DNA of 64,000 nucleotides from Octopus sinensis (taxonomy: Eukaryota), in contig NC_043020.1 in assembly GCF_006345805.1 (NCBI RefSeq), positions 30,380,001 to 30,444,000 on the forward strand, read 5' to 3'. Both the position numbers and the translations under genes were made by a program. The first letter of the stretch is position 1; each line of letters begins with the position of its first letter. The notes beneath the pieces are model-generated. The model saw nothing but the letters and a program-made list of their open reading frames with translations. It was not told the origin of the DNA and made no database searches. This document shows, piece after piece, positions 62,898 through 64,000 of this stretch.

Positions 62898-63416
62898 TAT
62901 ATAAATGTGTGTGTGTGTGTATCTTTTATCTTTTACCTGTTTTGGTCATTTGACTGCGGCCATGCTAGAGCACCGCTTTGAATTTTTAGTCAAGGAAATC
63001 GACCCAATACTTATTCTTTAAGCCTGGCACTTATTATATCGCTCTTTTTTGCCGAACTGCTAATTTACGAGGATGTAAATACACTAACATCGGTTGTCAA
63101 GTGGTGATGAGGGGAGACAAACATAGATACACGCATATATACGACGGGCTTCTTTTAGTTTCCGTCTACCAAATCCACTCAAAGGTTTTGGTCGGCCTGA
63201 GACAATATTAGAAGAGCCTCTCCCAAGGTGACACACAGTGGGACTGAACGCGGTACCATGTGGTTGGTAAGCAAGCTTCTTACCACACAGCCACTCCTGT
63301 ACCTATGTGTGTGTGTAATTAGTATCAATTCTTAATATAATGAGCATTAAATACTTAATCAGAAATAATTATGTACTGATGAAATTACATTATCCCAATG
63401 ACTAATATTATTATTA

Positions 63417-64000
63417 CTAGCAGAATTGCCCGGCGTTGCTCGGGGCTGAATTGCTTGAAAGTACTGTTAATGATTGCACTGAATTATGATGATTATTCAG
63501 GCAAATATTGAAATAAGCTTACGGTGGGAGATAAGGACTTAACGCCAAACGTGTGCCATTGCATTGTTTTGGGGGAACCAAATTTCTGATGAGCATTATA
63601 GGGGCACTAACCTTAAGTTTGAGAACGTGTGGTGGTAGTCCGGGGTGCTCAAAGGAATTGAGTACCTCTATTGGATAGTTGATGACGTCCTCTGTGTCAG
63701 GAGTTGTATCGATAACTGATATACATCGACTTCCCCCCAGGAATGAGTTTTAGCATTTCATCATTAATATGGTGAACAGTTTTATTTCCTCGGGGCCGTA
63801 TAGCCTTTTTGCCAATCCAATCCCTATTCTGATAATTAGCTTGTAAATCTGGGAACACTGCATCTCTGAGATCAGAAGGCGTCTTAACAATGGTACAAAT
63901 GGAATCGATGGCAATATTACATTTTCATCCCCTGGTATTTTTGCCTTCGCCAAAGTGCAAGGAGAGTGTGAGGAAATGCTGGTGATGTGATATTACGTCG
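63417..64000 (-). mobile_element. Helitron 3' portion with a degenerate PIF1-type helicase fragment; runs off the window end
   Basis: Minus-strand translation gives AVFPDLQANYQNRDWIGKKAI...HINDEML and YPIEVLNSFEHPGLPPHVLKLKVSAPIMLIRNLVPPKQCNGTRL. The 3' end has the hairpin CCCGAGCAACGCCGGG followed by CTAG|T. Confidence 0.9.

Overview
Eukaryotic, microsatellite- and transposon-rich DNA. The repeat families and composition look like an octopus or other coleoid cephalopod genome (inference). The only protein-coding gene I can support is a minus-strand HIF-alpha (bHLH-PAS) gene. I reconstructed it by hand as 13 GT-AG exons from 39921 down to a stop at 22064, with every splice phase matching. They total 6499 nt, or about 2165 codons without the unidentified first exon, roughly 2.6 times the length of human HIF1A. 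The protein keeps bHLH, PAS-A, PAS-B/PAC, an N-terminal ODD-like motif (LTFRAPSAGD) and a C-TAD (DCEVNAP...LLRALD). It has no recognisable C-terminal ODD (LAPYIP type), carries very large insertions, and has a 4-copy internal repeat before the C-TAD. The rest is intron or intergenic DNA with Tigger/pogo, Tc1, mariner, Helitron, LINE and SINE relics, MITE-like inverted repeats, tandem arrays and one 100-N gap. The most unexpected non-coding signal is a set of minimal type I hammerhead-ribozyme folds of the kind carried by Penelope-like elements. Two of them lie in palindromes that place a copy on each strand (62612-62743 and 61578-61670). No rRNA, genuine tRNA gene or CRISPR array was found.
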